Assembly: GCA_050575255.1 (NCBI GenBank)
Contig: JBNZDD010013631.1
Location: 935,989 to 999,988 of the forward strand
Length of the DNA stretch: 64,000 nucleotides
Source: Harriotta raleighana
Taxonomy: Eukaryota
Reading direction: 5' to 3'
Of the stretch, positions 63,688 through 64,000 are shown piece by piece (position 1 is the stretch's first letter; each line of letters begins with the position of its first letter). A program made the position numbers and the translations under genes. Below the pieces are notes generated by a model. The model was not told where the DNA came from. It saw nothing but the letters and a program-made list of their open reading frames with translations, and did not search any database.

Positions 63688-64000
63688 AAACAAAAACAGA
63701 AGTCGCTGGGAACACTCAGCAGGTCAGGCAGCATCTATGGAGAAAGGGAAAGTGAGTCAATGTTTCGGATCCACGACTCTTCGTCAGAACTGGGGTAATG
63801 TTGGGAGGGAGAGACTTTTAAGGATTAACAGAGGGGGAGAGGCAGGGCAAGGAAAACAAAAGAGAAAATGCGTTAGAGGGCAGGAGATGATGGGTTAAAG
63901 AGATGTTCATTTTGTGAAAGAAAAGGGGGGAATTGCAACAAAATTGGGGGAGAAGAAGTGTTAATACTATTAAAACAAAGAGTGGATGAAGTTGCCTAAG
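63688..64000 (-). mobile_element. Penelope-like element terminal region with minimal hammerhead motif, running off the window
   Basis: Minus strand reads agttCTGACGAagagtcgtggatccGAAACattgact...gatgctgcctgacctgctgagtgttcccagcgacttctgtttttgttt; same repeat as 25672-25775. Confidence 0.72.

Noticed and set aside
1-64000. Prokaryote-style systems (operons, defence islands, terminators)
   Set aside because: Coding density is negligible and the repeat content is vertebrate.

Overview
Eukaryotic (vertebrate) non-coding DNA, AT-rich and dense in retroelements, with one 810-N gap and five single-N contig joins. The repeat content includes young and old L2 and CR1 LINEs, an abundant tRNA-headed SINE with an L2-type tail, older DeuSINE-type copies and Penelope-type termini. 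This points to a cartilaginous fish, plausibly elephant shark (Callorhinchus milii); that is inference. I recognise no host protein-coding exon, and the protein-like ORFs in the track are LINE fragments. The window is best read as a large intron or gene desert with several candidate regulatory patches. The most interesting signals are two decayed minimal hammerhead-ribozyme motifs in Penelope-like termini (25.7 kb and 63.8 kb), a 200-bp cluster of palindromes (24.2 kb), a perfect CpG-retaining hairpin whose loop reads CTGAAGA-GAAAC (31.6 kb), a modular SINE (tRNA head, CORE-like segment, Deu/L2 tail) in long and short forms, and an uninterrupted L2 ORF 5' end beside the gap. The 1.8-kb tandem duplication at 36-40 kb is most likely an assembly artefact. 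I found no firm evidence for a wholly new biological system. Repeat boundaries were set by eye and are approximate.
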